NCBI GenBank assembly: GCA_045594305.1
Contig: JAZNYH010000092.1
Span: 3,500 to 67,499, forward strand
Length of the DNA: 64,000 bases
Origin: Eubacteriales bacterium
GTDB lineage: Bacteria > Bacillota > Clostridia > Oscillospirales > CAG-272
Reading direction: 5' to 3'
The position numbers and the translations under genes were made by a program. How positions within the stretch are numbered: position 1 is the first letter of the stretch; each line of letters starts with the position of its first letter. Under the pieces are notes generated by a model, which saw only the letters and a list, made by a program, of their open reading frames with translations, had not been told where the DNA came from and searched no databases. This document shows, piece after piece, positions 27,994 through 35,769 of this stretch.

Positions 27994-28548
27994 TTATACT
28001 TCGGGCTTTATTGTTGCCCAATCGCTATCAGCATATGACACGCCATCACCCTTGGCACGAAGATAAAAGGTGTCGCTTATGCTAACCATATACCCAAGAG
28101 CATCGCTATCAAGAGTGGCTTCTGCGCCGTCATTTATGCGATACACATAGCCCGCTGCACGCTCATCTGCCTTCCAGGTAAGTAGCACCTGCTCGCCAAC
28201 AATCGTTTTTTCAATTACAGGGGCAGGTAGCTTGGGAACAGAGCCTGCATGCACAGTCTTGCTCCAATCACTATCGGTATATTTTTCACCATCACCAATA
28301 GCACGCACGCTTATCGACTCGCTCTCGACAAGCTGAATTTTAGTAATATCCTTGTCAAGCGAGATAGCCTCACCGTCGTTTATCTTGTATTCATAGCCGA
28401 GTGCACCCGATATTGCCTGCCAAGAGGCGATATTTTTGTCACTTATAGTTACGCTTGGAGTGTCAAGCCTTCCACCCTCATCGTCGCTACACCCTACTAA
28501 GCATAGAACGAAAAGAGCACAAAGAAGCACAGATAAAAGCCTTTTCAT
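27994..28548 (-). CDS. Lipoprotein with two internal repeats of about 75 aa
   Basis: Signal peptide plus lipobox LVGC. The repeat has the form ..W.A...A.GY.Y.INDG.......D.......S.....RA.GDG..Y.DSDW. Confidence 0.7.
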   Translation of the reverse strand: MKRLLSVLLCALFVLCLVGCSDDEGGRLDTPSVTISDKNIASWQAISGALGYEYKINDGEAISLDKDITKIQLVESESISVRAIGDGEKYTDSDWSKTVHAGSVPKLPAPVIEKTIVGEQVLLTWKADERAAGYVYRINDGAEATLDSDALGYMVSISDTFYLRAKGDGVSYADSDWATIKPEV

Positions 28549-28557
28549 AAATACCTC

Positions 28558-29163
28558 TTATTTTTCAAAAATAGTGCCATATGTGGCGATATAGTCCTCG
28601 ATTGCCTGCTTTCCCGTTTCAAGCACAAAGAAGAATGGCGAGGTTGGGGAGTTGATAATTTTAACCTTCATAACGCTTATAGCGTGACGGTCAATTTTAT
28701 CAAGCAGAGCTTCAAGCTCACGCCCCTCTGCATCACCCTCTGCGTGACCGGGATAGACTGCAATAAGTAGAATGGAGTGTGCATCAAGACGCTCAATAGC
28801 GCCCAGCACAGCGGGAATGGTGGTTTCTCTCATTGTGGTAATTTGCTTATTACCACTACCAGGCAAATAACCGAGATTGAACATTCCTGCCTTGATTTTT
28901 TCCTTTATGTAAAGAGCAAGATTTGAGTGCGAATCCTTAATTAGCGTATAATTCCTTGGCGCACCCTCGCCCTCAAGTCGTGAGCGAGTGCTATCTATTG
29001 CACCCTGCTGAATATCAAAGGCGTAAACCCTGCCACGCTCACCAACCGTTTTTGAGAGAAATAGCGTGTCGTGACCGTTTCCCATAGTGAAATCAGCACA
29101 CACATCACCCTCTTTAAGGTGTGAGAGAATAAAGCTTTTTTGTAATGTAAGTAAGTCAGTCAA
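28558..29163 (-). CDS. mnmM: Class I SAM-dependent methyltransferase, YtqB/MnmM family (tRNA mnm5s2U34 methyltransferase)
   Basis: Collinear similarity to B. subtilis YtqB from memory (D.TMGNGHDT.FL...VGE.G.VYAFDIQ, FNLGYLPG, VY.GH.EG). A TTG start is the only start after an in-frame stop, with GGGGG 6 nt upstream. Confidence 0.7.
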   Translation of the reverse strand: MTDLLTLQKSFILSHLKEGDVCADFTMGNGHDTLFLSKTVGERGRVYAFDIQQGAIDSTRSRLEGEGAPRNYTLIKDSHSNLALYIKEKIKAGMFNLGYLPGSGNKQITTMRETTIPAVLGAIERLDAHSILLIAVYPGHAEGDAEGRELEALLDKIDRHAISVMKVKIINSPTSPFFFVLETGKQAIEDYIATYGTIFEK

Positions 29164-29297
29164 TTTTTACCCCCATGCTTTTAAGGGCGTGTCTGTACGC
29201 AAGCCAACCGCCGTACCCGTCCTCTTCCATGCATTTTTGCATTCTTTTAGCAAGCTCTCTTAGCTTAAGAAGCCTCTCTTGCAATCAGTACACTTAT

Positions 29298-29326
29298 ATT
29301 ATAGCTTTTTAAAGAGCGTGTGTCAA
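29298..29326 (-). promoter_or_regulatory. Canonical promoter for the mnmM-lipoprotein transcript
   Basis: On the minus strand: TTGACA, 17-nt spacer, TATAAT. Confidence 0.65.
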
Positions 29327-29374
29327 TTGAAAAGACAAAATATAAAAATTCTTTTAAAAAAATAAAAAAACATA

Positions 29375-29403
29375 TTGACAAGCAAAAAAATATATGATAA
29401 AAT
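29375..29403 (+). promoter_or_regulatory. Extended -10 promoter for the tRNA pair
   Basis: TTGACA, 17-nt spacer, TGaTAAAAT, about 25 nt upstream of tRNA-Thr. Confidence 0.65.
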
Positions 29404-29427
29404 AAACACCGTCGCAAGACAACATAT

Positions 29428-29502
29428 GCTGGCGTGGCTCAATGGCAGAGCAGCTGATTTGTAATCAGCAGGTTGATGGTTCGACTCCGTTCGCCAGCCC
29501 CA
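29428..29502 (+). tRNA. tRNA-Thr (anticodon UGU), CCA encoded
   Basis: Hand-folded cloverleaf: 7-bp acceptor GCTGGCG/CGCCAGC, D-stem GCTC/GAGC, anticodon stem GCTGA/TCAGC with loop TTTGTAA, T-loop TTCGACT. Confidence 0.9.
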
Positions 29503-29505
29503 TAT

Positions 29506-29590
29506 GGGGGAATTCCCGAGCGGCCAAAGGGGGCAGACTGTAAATCTGTTGTCACTGACTTCGCTGGACCGAATCCAGCTTCCCCCACCA
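29506..29590 (+). tRNA. tRNA-Tyr (anticodon GUA), class II with long variable arm, CCA encoded; T-loop is ACCGAAT rather than TTCGAAT
   Basis: Acceptor GGGGGAA/TTCCCCC, anticodon loop CTGTAAA, variable stem GTC/GAC, T-stem GCTGG/CCAGC. Positions 54-55 read AC. Confidence 0.8.
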
Positions 29591-29599
29591 TAACAAAAA

Positions 29600-29679
29600 G
29601 CGAGTACCAAGCGTACTCGCTTTTTGTTATGATAGGGAAGCGTCTTCGTACCTGGTCTTGCTTGCAAGACTCTGGTTCG
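29600..29679 (+). repeat. 80-bp direct repeat, copy A (starts with the terminator hairpin GCGAGTAC/GTACTCGC plus T5)
   Basis: 78/80 identical to 29765-29844. Confidence 0.85.
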
Positions 29680-29764
29680 CTCATTTACCGGTAAGCCGAA
29701 GTCTGCTTGCAAGTGGAGGCGAAGGTAAATGCCTCGCAAAGCGAGAATCCAGCATTTTTCACGA

Positions 29765-29844
29765 GCGAGCACCAAGCGTACTCGCTTTTTGTTATGATAG
29801 GGAAGCATCTTCGTACCTGGTCTTGCTTGCAAGACTCTGGTTCG
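29765..29844 (+). repeat. 80-bp direct repeat, copy B
   Basis: 78/80 identical to 29600-29679, period 165 bp. Confidence 0.85.
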
Positions 29845-29987
29845 ATTTAAGCGAAGCGTCAATCGCCGACTTGTCCCCCATATAGCTTCCCGAGCCAAAT
29901 AAATTTAAGATTTTAGCAATAGCTACTTGAAAAAAAGCGTCTTTTATAGTAAAATGTATAGGAAAATAAAAAAAGAGGTATATATCA

Positions 29988-31205
29988 ATGGAAAAAATCA
30001 AAATGACAACTCCGCTCGTTGAGATGGACGGAGATGAAATGACAAGAATTATTTGGAAGATGATAAAGGATGAGCTTCTTTTGCCCTTCGTCGACCTCAA
30101 AACTGAATATTACGACCTTGGCTTGCCTGAAAGAGAGCGTACAAAGGACAAGGTTACATATGATTCTGCATACGCAAATCAAAAATATGGCGTTGCCGTA
30201 AAGTGTGCTACAATCACACCTAACAAGCAAAGAGTAGAGGAGTACAACCTCAGCGAGATGTGGAAGAGCCCTAACGGAACAATCCGTGCAATTCTTGACG
30301 GAACAGTTTTCCGTGCTCCTATTCTTATCGACTCAATAAAGCCTGCGGTTCGCAATTGGAAAAAGCCAATCACAATTGCCCGTCACGCATACGGCGATGT
30401 TTATAAGTCAACCGAGTACAGAGTGCCCACCGAGGGTAAGGCTGAGCTTGTGTTCACCGACAAGGACGGAAACGAGAGCCTTAGAAAGACAATTTACGAC
30501 TTTGAGTGCCCAGGCGTGCTCCAAGGTCAGTATAACAAGGACTCATCAATTCGCTCATTCGCTCACTCATGCTTTAACTACGCAATTCAAACAAAGCAGG
30601 ACCTTTGGTTCGCTACAAAGGATACAATTTCAAAGCAATACGACCAAACCTTCAAGCTCATTTTCCAAGAGATTTACGAGAGCGACTACAAGGCAAAATT
30701 CGAGGAGCTTGGAATTGAATACTTCTACACACTTATCGATGACGCAGTTGCTCGTGTAATTCGCTCAGAGGGTGGATACATTTGGGCGTGTAAGAACTAC
30801 GACGGAGATGTAATGTCGGATATGGTATCAACTGCATTCGGCTCACTTGCTATGATGACCTCTGTTCTTGTATCACCTAATGGTCAATACGAGTATGAGG
30901 CAGCACACGGAACAGTTACAAGACACTACTATCGCTACTTGAAGGGCGAGCAAACCTCAACCAACCCAATGGCTACAATCTATGCTTGGAGTGGAGCACT
31001 TCGCAAGCGTGGCGAGCTTGATAAGCTTGATGACCTCGTAGATTTCGCAAATAAGCTCGAGGAGGCTTGTATCGACACTCTCAACGACGGAATAATGACA
31101 AAGGACCTTGTTGGTCTTGTTAGCGAGGGCGTTAGCGTTACCTCAGTAAACACCCTTGAATTTATCAAGGCAATTCGTGAGCGACTTGAAGCTAAGCTTT
31201 CATAA
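29988..31205 (+). CDS. icd: NADP-dependent isocitrate dehydrogenase (eukaryote-like homodimeric type)
   Basis: 405 aa. The N-terminus [19 protein letters not shown]......YYDLG and the rest are collinear with IDH1/2-type enzymes. Confidence 0.93.
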   Translation: MEKIKMTTPLVEMDGDEMTRIIWKMIKDELLLPFVDLKTEYYDLGLPERERTKDKVTYDSAYANQKYGVAVKCATITPNKQRVEEYNLSEMWKSPNGTIRAILDGTVFRAPILIDSIKPAVRNWKKPITIARHAYGDVYKSTEYRVPTEGKAELVFTDKDGNESLRKTIYDFECPGVLQGQYNKDSSIRSFAHSCFNYAIQTKQDLWFATKDTISKQYDQTFKLIFQEIYESDYKAKFEELGIEYFYTLIDDAVARVIRSEGGYIWACKNYDGDVMSDMVSTAFGSLAMMTSVLVSPNGQYEYEAAHGTVTRHYYRYLKGEQTSTNPMATIYAWSGALRKRGELDKLDDLVDFANKLEEACIDTLNDGIMTKDLVGLVSEGVSVTSVNTLEFIKAIRERLEAKLS

Positions 31206-31228
31206 GGACACTGCACAGGAGCAAAAAA

Positions 31229-31260
31229 CAAAGAGCTGTCAAATTAACGACAGCTCTTTT
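31229..31260. terminator. Bidirectional terminator
   Basis: Stem AGAGCTGTC / GACAGCTCT with loop AAATTAAC, flanked by A6 and T5. Confidence 0.75.
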
Positions 31261-31264
31261 TATG

Positions 31265-32251
31265 TTAGGTAAGGTCATTTTCGGTTATAAAATTGTCGAA
31301 GAGGACAAAGAATTTAACAAAGCTACTAATAGCAACATTTATGTTGTAGTTGTTAGGAAAGTCCTTAAACAAAAGCTCACCATTAAGCCCAATGCCATAG
31401 CTCTTGCCACCATTTTCCAAAAATAGGCTTAGATAATGCCTTGGCTCACAGCTAAGCCTATCAAAGCTATCACCCTCATCGGTTATTGTGTAGTGGTCGC
31501 TATTTGGATAAACACGCAGAATTAGGCACGCATTAAAGAGATTAATAGCGACAGGCACTCTTACCTGAATATAATCACCCATATCCTCGTGATAGAAATG
31601 CTTTAAATCCTCAAATAGGGCTCTTTTATTCATATCCTCACCCTTGCAAAAATATTTATCCTCAAATCGCATAACGAGGTTTTCCTCGTGGTCCCAATAA
31701 TCGTTTTTTGTTTCGATATAAAAGAGAATATCATTTTCATCAAGGAGTCTAAAATGGTTCAAATCACAGCTCACATTAAAGCCGAAGGGGTAATAAATAC
31801 CACTTGAACGATGCGTGTGACCAAAAAGGTTTAGAACATTTTCCTTGTAATCCTTGGGCTTGTGGGTAAGGTGAAAATCATAGCCTGCAAAGGAAATGTC
31901 AAGGTCCAAATAAACCTCTTTAAAGCCGTTTTTTAGACACTCCTGCCTAAATTTTTCAAAATTCCCGTCGAAAAAGTAGTTAACAACACGCCACTCGTTG
32001 TTGCCCATTATAAGCACAACATCAGCATTAAGACGCTTGGGATAGTCAATCGAGGTTTTCCAAAGCTCCGAGCCACCATTGTCGCAATCGAGCCAATCGC
32101 CAATGGCGAAAATCGTATCCCCTACCGTCGCCTGCTTATTCCATTCCTCAAAAATAAAGCTATTAAAAGCCTCACAGCTCTTAAATGGTCTGTTTTCCAT
32201 TCTTAGCGCCTGAGGATCGTTAAAATGAATATCGCTTGTAAAAAAGTACAT
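31265..32251 (-). CDS. Metallophosphoesterase with an uncharacterised C-terminal domain of about 130 aa
   Basis: Motifs SDIHF, GDWLD, GNNE and GHTH. The ATG at 32251 has AGAGGTGA upstream. Confidence 0.7.
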   Translation of the reverse strand: MYFFTSDIHFNDPQALRMENRPFKSCEAFNSFIFEEWNKQATVGDTIFAIGDWLDCDNGGSELWKTSIDYPKRLNADVVLIMGNNEWRVVNYFFDGNFEKFRQECLKNGFKEVYLDLDISFAGYDFHLTHKPKDYKENVLNLFGHTHRSSGIYYPFGFNVSCDLNHFRLLDENDILFYIETKNDYWDHEENLVMRFEDKYFCKGEDMNKRALFEDLKHFYHEDMGDYIQVRVPVAINLFNACLILRVYPNSDHYTITDEGDSFDRLSCEPRHYLSLFLENGGKSYGIGLNGELLFKDFPNNYNINVAISSFVKFFVLFDNFITENDLT

Positions 32252-32378
32252 ATAATCACCTCTTATGGTTAAGTATATCAAAAAAGACTTCAATTTTCAA
32301 TATTTCTTTTTAAGTTCGCTGAAAATCTCTTGATATTTAGTAAAAATAGTGTTAGAATGTAGAAAAGGAGGGTAAAAT

Positions 32379-33560
32379 ATGAACAAGAAGGCTTTAAACA
32401 ACATAGGCTACGGACTTTATGTTATTACCACAAGATATAACGGCAGGGATAATGGAATGATATGTAATTCCGTTATGCAGGTGGCATCAGAGCCACTTAA
32501 AATTGCCGTTTCAATAAGTAAGCAAAATTACACTCACGAGATTATACAGGCTACTAAGAAAATGAATGTAAATGTGCTTACAAGCGACACTCCCTTTGAG
32601 ATTTTCGAGCATTTCGGCTTCCAAAGTGGAAGGAATGTGCTTAAAATTGAAAATGGTATAGACAGGAGCGAAAACGGTCTTGCCATAATAGGTGGAGTTA
32701 CAAACTCGTACATTTCACTTTCAGTGGATAGCGAGCAGGATTTAGGCTCACATACAATGTTTGTTTGCTCGGTTGATGATATGCAGATAAGAGGCGAGGG
32801 AAGAAGCGTTACCTACGCCGAATATCACGAGCGTATAAAGCCCAAGCAAAAGCCAAAAAAGGCAGGGTATGTGTGCAAAATTTGTGGATATTTCCACGAG
32901 GGGGAGAGTATCCCTGATGACTTTATTTGTCCAATCTGCAAGCACGGCAGAGAGGTCTTTGAATTTGTTAAAAATGCCGAAGAGGCAAATATAAATAAAC
33001 AGGAGAAAGCAGAAATGACAAAGGAAAACAAGTACGCAGGTACAAGAACAGAGCAAAACCTAAGAGCAGCCTTCTCGGGCGAGAGCGAGGCAAGAAACAA
33101 ATACACCTACTTCGCATCTGTGGCTAAAAAAGAGGGCTATGAGCAAATCAGTGCACTCTTCTTGAAGACAGCGGAGAACGAAAAGGAGCACGCAAAATTG
33201 TGGTTCAAGGAGCTTAACGGCTTGGGTGACACCGCAGAAAACCTTGAAAGTGCAGCTGACGGCGAGAACTACGAGTGGACAGATATGTACGCTGAATTTG
33301 CTAAGGTAGCAGATGAGGAGGGCTTTACTGACCTCGCAAGAAAGTTCCGTATGGTTGCGGCAATTGAAAAGCACCACGAGGAGAGATATCGTGCACTTCT
33401 TAGCAATGTTGAGACTGCACAGGTATTTGAAAAGAGCGAGGTTAAGGTTTGGGAGTGTCGCAATTGTGGACACATTGTTGTTGGAACAAAGGCTCCCGAG
33501 GTTTGCCCAACCTGTAACCATCCAAAGGCATATTTTGAAATCCACGCTGAAAACTATTAA
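32379..33560 (+). CDS. Flavin reductase - rubredoxin - rubrerythrin fusion protein
   Basis: Residues 1-160 are flavin-reductase-like. CKICGY...CPICKHG is a rubredoxin. The E..E..H diiron ligand motifs ([29 protein letters not shown]) are present, and the C-terminus CRNCGH...CPTCNH is rubredoxin-like. Confidence 0.85.
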   Translation: MNKKALNNIGYGLYVITTRYNGRDNGMICNSVMQVASEPLKIAVSISKQNYTHEIIQATKKMNVNVLTSDTPFEIFEHFGFQSGRNVLKIENGIDRSENGLAIIGGVTNSYISLSVDSEQDLGSHTMFVCSVDDMQIRGEGRSVTYAEYHERIKPKQKPKKAGYVCKICGYFHEGESIPDDFICPICKHGREVFEFVKNAEEANINKQEKAEMTKENKYAGTRTEQNLRAAFSGESEARNKYTYFASVAKKEGYEQISALFLKTAENEKEHAKLWFKELNGLGDTAENLESAADGENYEWTDMYAEFAKVADEEGFTDLARKFRMVAAIEKHHEERYRALLSNVETAQVFEKSEVKVWECRNCGHIVVGTKAPEVCPTCNHPKAYFEIHAENY

Positions 33561-33577
33561 TTCAAAACAAAATAAAG

Positions 33578-33607
33578 ACCGCAGAGCAATCTGCGGTTTT
33601 TGTTTTT
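33578..33607 (+). terminator. Intrinsic terminator
   Basis: Stem ACCGCAG / CTGCGGT followed by TTTTTGTTTTTG. Confidence 0.75.
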
Positions 33608-33612
33608 GCTAA

Positions 33613-33647
33613 GGTAAGAGTGAAGAGTGAACAGTGAAGAGGTAAGA
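33613..33647 (+). repeat. Five tandem heptamers in A-B-C-B-A order
   Basis: The five heptamers read GGTAAGA GTGAAGA GTGAACA GTGAAGA GGTAAGA. Confidence 0.8.
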
Positions 33648-33651
33648 GGCT

Positions 33652-33709
33652 TTGTGCAAAATTGTGCAAATTGCACAAAAAACGGGGGGGGGAATTCGTT
33701 TATTGTGCA
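33652..33709. promoter_or_regulatory. Cluster of four TTGTGCA half-sites, including a perfect 8+1+8 inverted repeat TTGTGCAA-A-TTGCACAA
   Basis: Half-sites at 33652-58, 33662-68, 33672-78 (reverse complement) and 33703-09, immediately upstream of the promoter of the LRR gene. Confidence 0.5.
33684..33692. repeat. Homopolymeric G9 tract
   Basis: Nine consecutive G, 20 bp upstream of the -35 element. Confidence 0.95.
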
Positions 33710-33711
33710 TA

Positions 33712-33741
33712 TTGACAAGTGCTTATCGTATATGATATAAT
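33712..33741 (+). promoter_or_regulatory. Extended -10 promoter for the LRR gene
   Basis: TTGACA, 18-nt spacer, TGaTATAAT. Confidence 0.6.
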
Positions 33742-33782
33742 GTGTACATAAAAACCCTAAGAATATTTAGAGAGCAATTTTT

Positions 33783-35657
33783 ATGAAAAAGAAACTTTTA
33801 CTTTTGACAGTATTAGCTATGGTTATGTGTCTTTTCGCACTTTCTGTAAGTGCTGATTCAATCAACCCCTCAACAAGTAATGAGTACGGAACACTCACTA
33901 CCTTTGATGAGGCTATCGGAAGAACAGACATTAGCCCTAACAAGCAGGATGGCACAGTTGCCCGTACAGTTTTGTTTGACGGAACAAATTATTACACTGT
34001 TCCAACCATTTATCTCACCTCGAAAAATCCATACGAGGGCGATATTTTGCTCCAATTCAGCTTTTCAGCTATCAACTCAAAGCTTTCAAAGAGCTTTAGC
34101 AAGACAAGCGTTATAAGATGCGAGCTTCCTGCTGATATTGTGTATCTTGGCGGTGACAACCAAAACTTTAACGGATTTTCTAATGCAATAGAAATAAAGT
34201 TAAGCCCAAATCTTTCCTTTGCCGGAAATGTTACTTACAAGGCGTTCGCAAACTGTAAAAATCTTGTTGAGATTGATTTGTCAACAGTAAACTTCAATTA
34301 TGCGAACAACACATATTCATTGTTTGAGTATTGCGAAAAGCTTGAAAAAATCGTTCTTCCCGATGCATATATGAAGGACGGAGCGCCTGTAAATTACGCA
34401 ACAAATTACACTTTTAACGGCTGTAAGGTGCTTACTTCAATTGAAAACTATGAAAATTTCTTTAGAGGCTCAACCGCAATTTCCGAGAAGTGCTTTATGG
34501 ATTGTGCTAAGCTCCCAGAGATTAAGCTTTGGAGCGGAATCACAACCATTGGAAGCAGAGCATTTCAAAATTGTGCTACCATTACCGAAATAATCATTCC
34601 CGACACTGTAACCACAATAGGAACAACCGACACTGTGTTTGCGTCCTGCACATCACTTAAAAAGATAGTGTTCCCATCAGGTGCTGTTTCAGTTGGCACA
34701 TATGCATTTGAAAAATGCACAGCTCTTACCGATGTTTGGATGCCAGGCGCAGGTTCTACCTTTGCTGCACAGGTTTTTGGACAATGTGGCTCGAGTTTAG
34801 CGGTTAACTTCTACTTTACAACAGCAACAAGCACAATTACAATTAGCAACACAACTAACAATAAAGACCCATTTATCACAGCAATTAGCGCAGAAAACGA
34901 TGCAAGAATTAAGTACAACACACCACTTTCAACAAAGTGTACAGTATTCCTTGGCGGACACCATGCATCTGATGCAACCGCTGACTGCACAGAGAATATC
35001 GTTTGTAAGGATTGTACAATAACTATCACCGAGGCGTTTGATAGTCACGATATAGTTATTACAATCACATACGAAAACGGCTTCACAAGTGATGGTGTAA
35101 AGACTACTGCTTGTTCAAGACAGGGCTGTACAGCCTGCGATAAGAGCGAGACAGCTCTTGCAATCTTCTCAGCAAAGGGCTACTCCTACAAGGAGTCAGG
35201 CTCAAAGAGAGGACTTTGCGGAGGATTTACCGTAAATGTTGATGCCTTCAACGAGTACAAGGAAGCTAACTCAGGCAAGACAATTACCCTTAGTATTTTG
35301 ATGGTAAACCCAAAATACATTAACGAGGAAAGTGACTTCTTCTCATCAGAGGGACAAATTATCGCAACAGGCGGAGCAATCCAGCTTGAAATTACTGAGC
35401 TTAATTACGCAAGCCTTGATTTCAGAGTAGACGGCTTTACCCTTGAATATATGCAGAGCCTTGAAATTGCATTTGCATTGGTGGTTTGCGATGATGGCGA
35501 GGTTGAGGTTATCCAAAAGCAATATGGACAGGATGAAACCTCTAATGTATGCGACACCTACACAGATAAGAACGGAATAAAGCTCGACTCAGTAACCGTA
35601 CAGAGCATCGCTCCCGAGGTTGTTGAGGCTCTTAAAAAGGAGCAGGAGCAAGCATAA
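33783..35657 (+). CDS. Secreted BspA-type leucine-rich-repeat protein
   Basis: Signal peptide, then repeated F..C..L..I.LP modules (FANCKNLVEIDLS, FEYCEKLEKIVLP, FQNCATITEIIIP, FEKCTALTDVWMP), then a Cys-rich C-terminal part. Confidence 0.8.
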   Translation: MKKKLLLLTVLAMVMCLFALSVSADSINPSTSNEYGTLTTFDEAIGRTDISPNKQDGTVARTVLFDGTNYYTVPTIYLTSKNPYEGDILLQFSFSAINSKLSKSFSKTSVIRCELPADIVYLGGDNQNFNGFSNAIEIKLSPNLSFAGNVTYKAFANCKNLVEIDLSTVNFNYANNTYSLFEYCEKLEKIVLPDAYMKDGAPVNYATNYTFNGCKVLTSIENYENFFRGSTAISEKCFMDCAKLPEIKLWSGITTIGSRAFQNCATITEIIIPDTVTTIGTTDTVFASCTSLKKIVFPSGAVSVGTYAFEKCTALTDVWMPGAGSTFAAQVFGQCGSSLAVNFYFTTATSTITISNTTNNKDPFITAISAENDARIKYNTPLSTKCTVFLGGHHASDATADCTENIVCKDCTITITEAFDSHDIVITITYENGFTSDGVKTTACSRQGCTACDKSETALAIFSAKGYSYKESGSKRGLCGGFTVNVDAFNEYKEANSGKTITLSILMVNPKYINEESDFFSSEGQIIATGGAIQLEITELNYASLDFRVDGFTLEYMQSLEIAFALVVCDDGEVEVIQKQYGQDETSNVCDTYTDKNGIKLDSVTVQSIAPEVVEALKKEQEQA

Positions 35658-35769
35658 TTAAATATAAGCAAGGAGATTTCGCACAGCGGAATCTCTTTTT
35701 GCTGTAAAGGTATTTACAAGAGTAAATAAGTGTGATAAAATAATGGCATCAAAGCCAAAGGAGAAGAAG

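Noticed and set aside
29323-29898. 191-aa minus-strand ORF
   Set aside because: It runs antisense through two tRNA genes, their promoter and the 80-bp repeats. It is spurious.
29420-29990. tRNA-adjacent genomic island or integrated element
   Set aside because: There is no integrase, no att-like direct repeat of the tRNA 3' end flanking foreign genes, and the next gene is housekeeping icd. The repeats are better explained as decayed local duplication.
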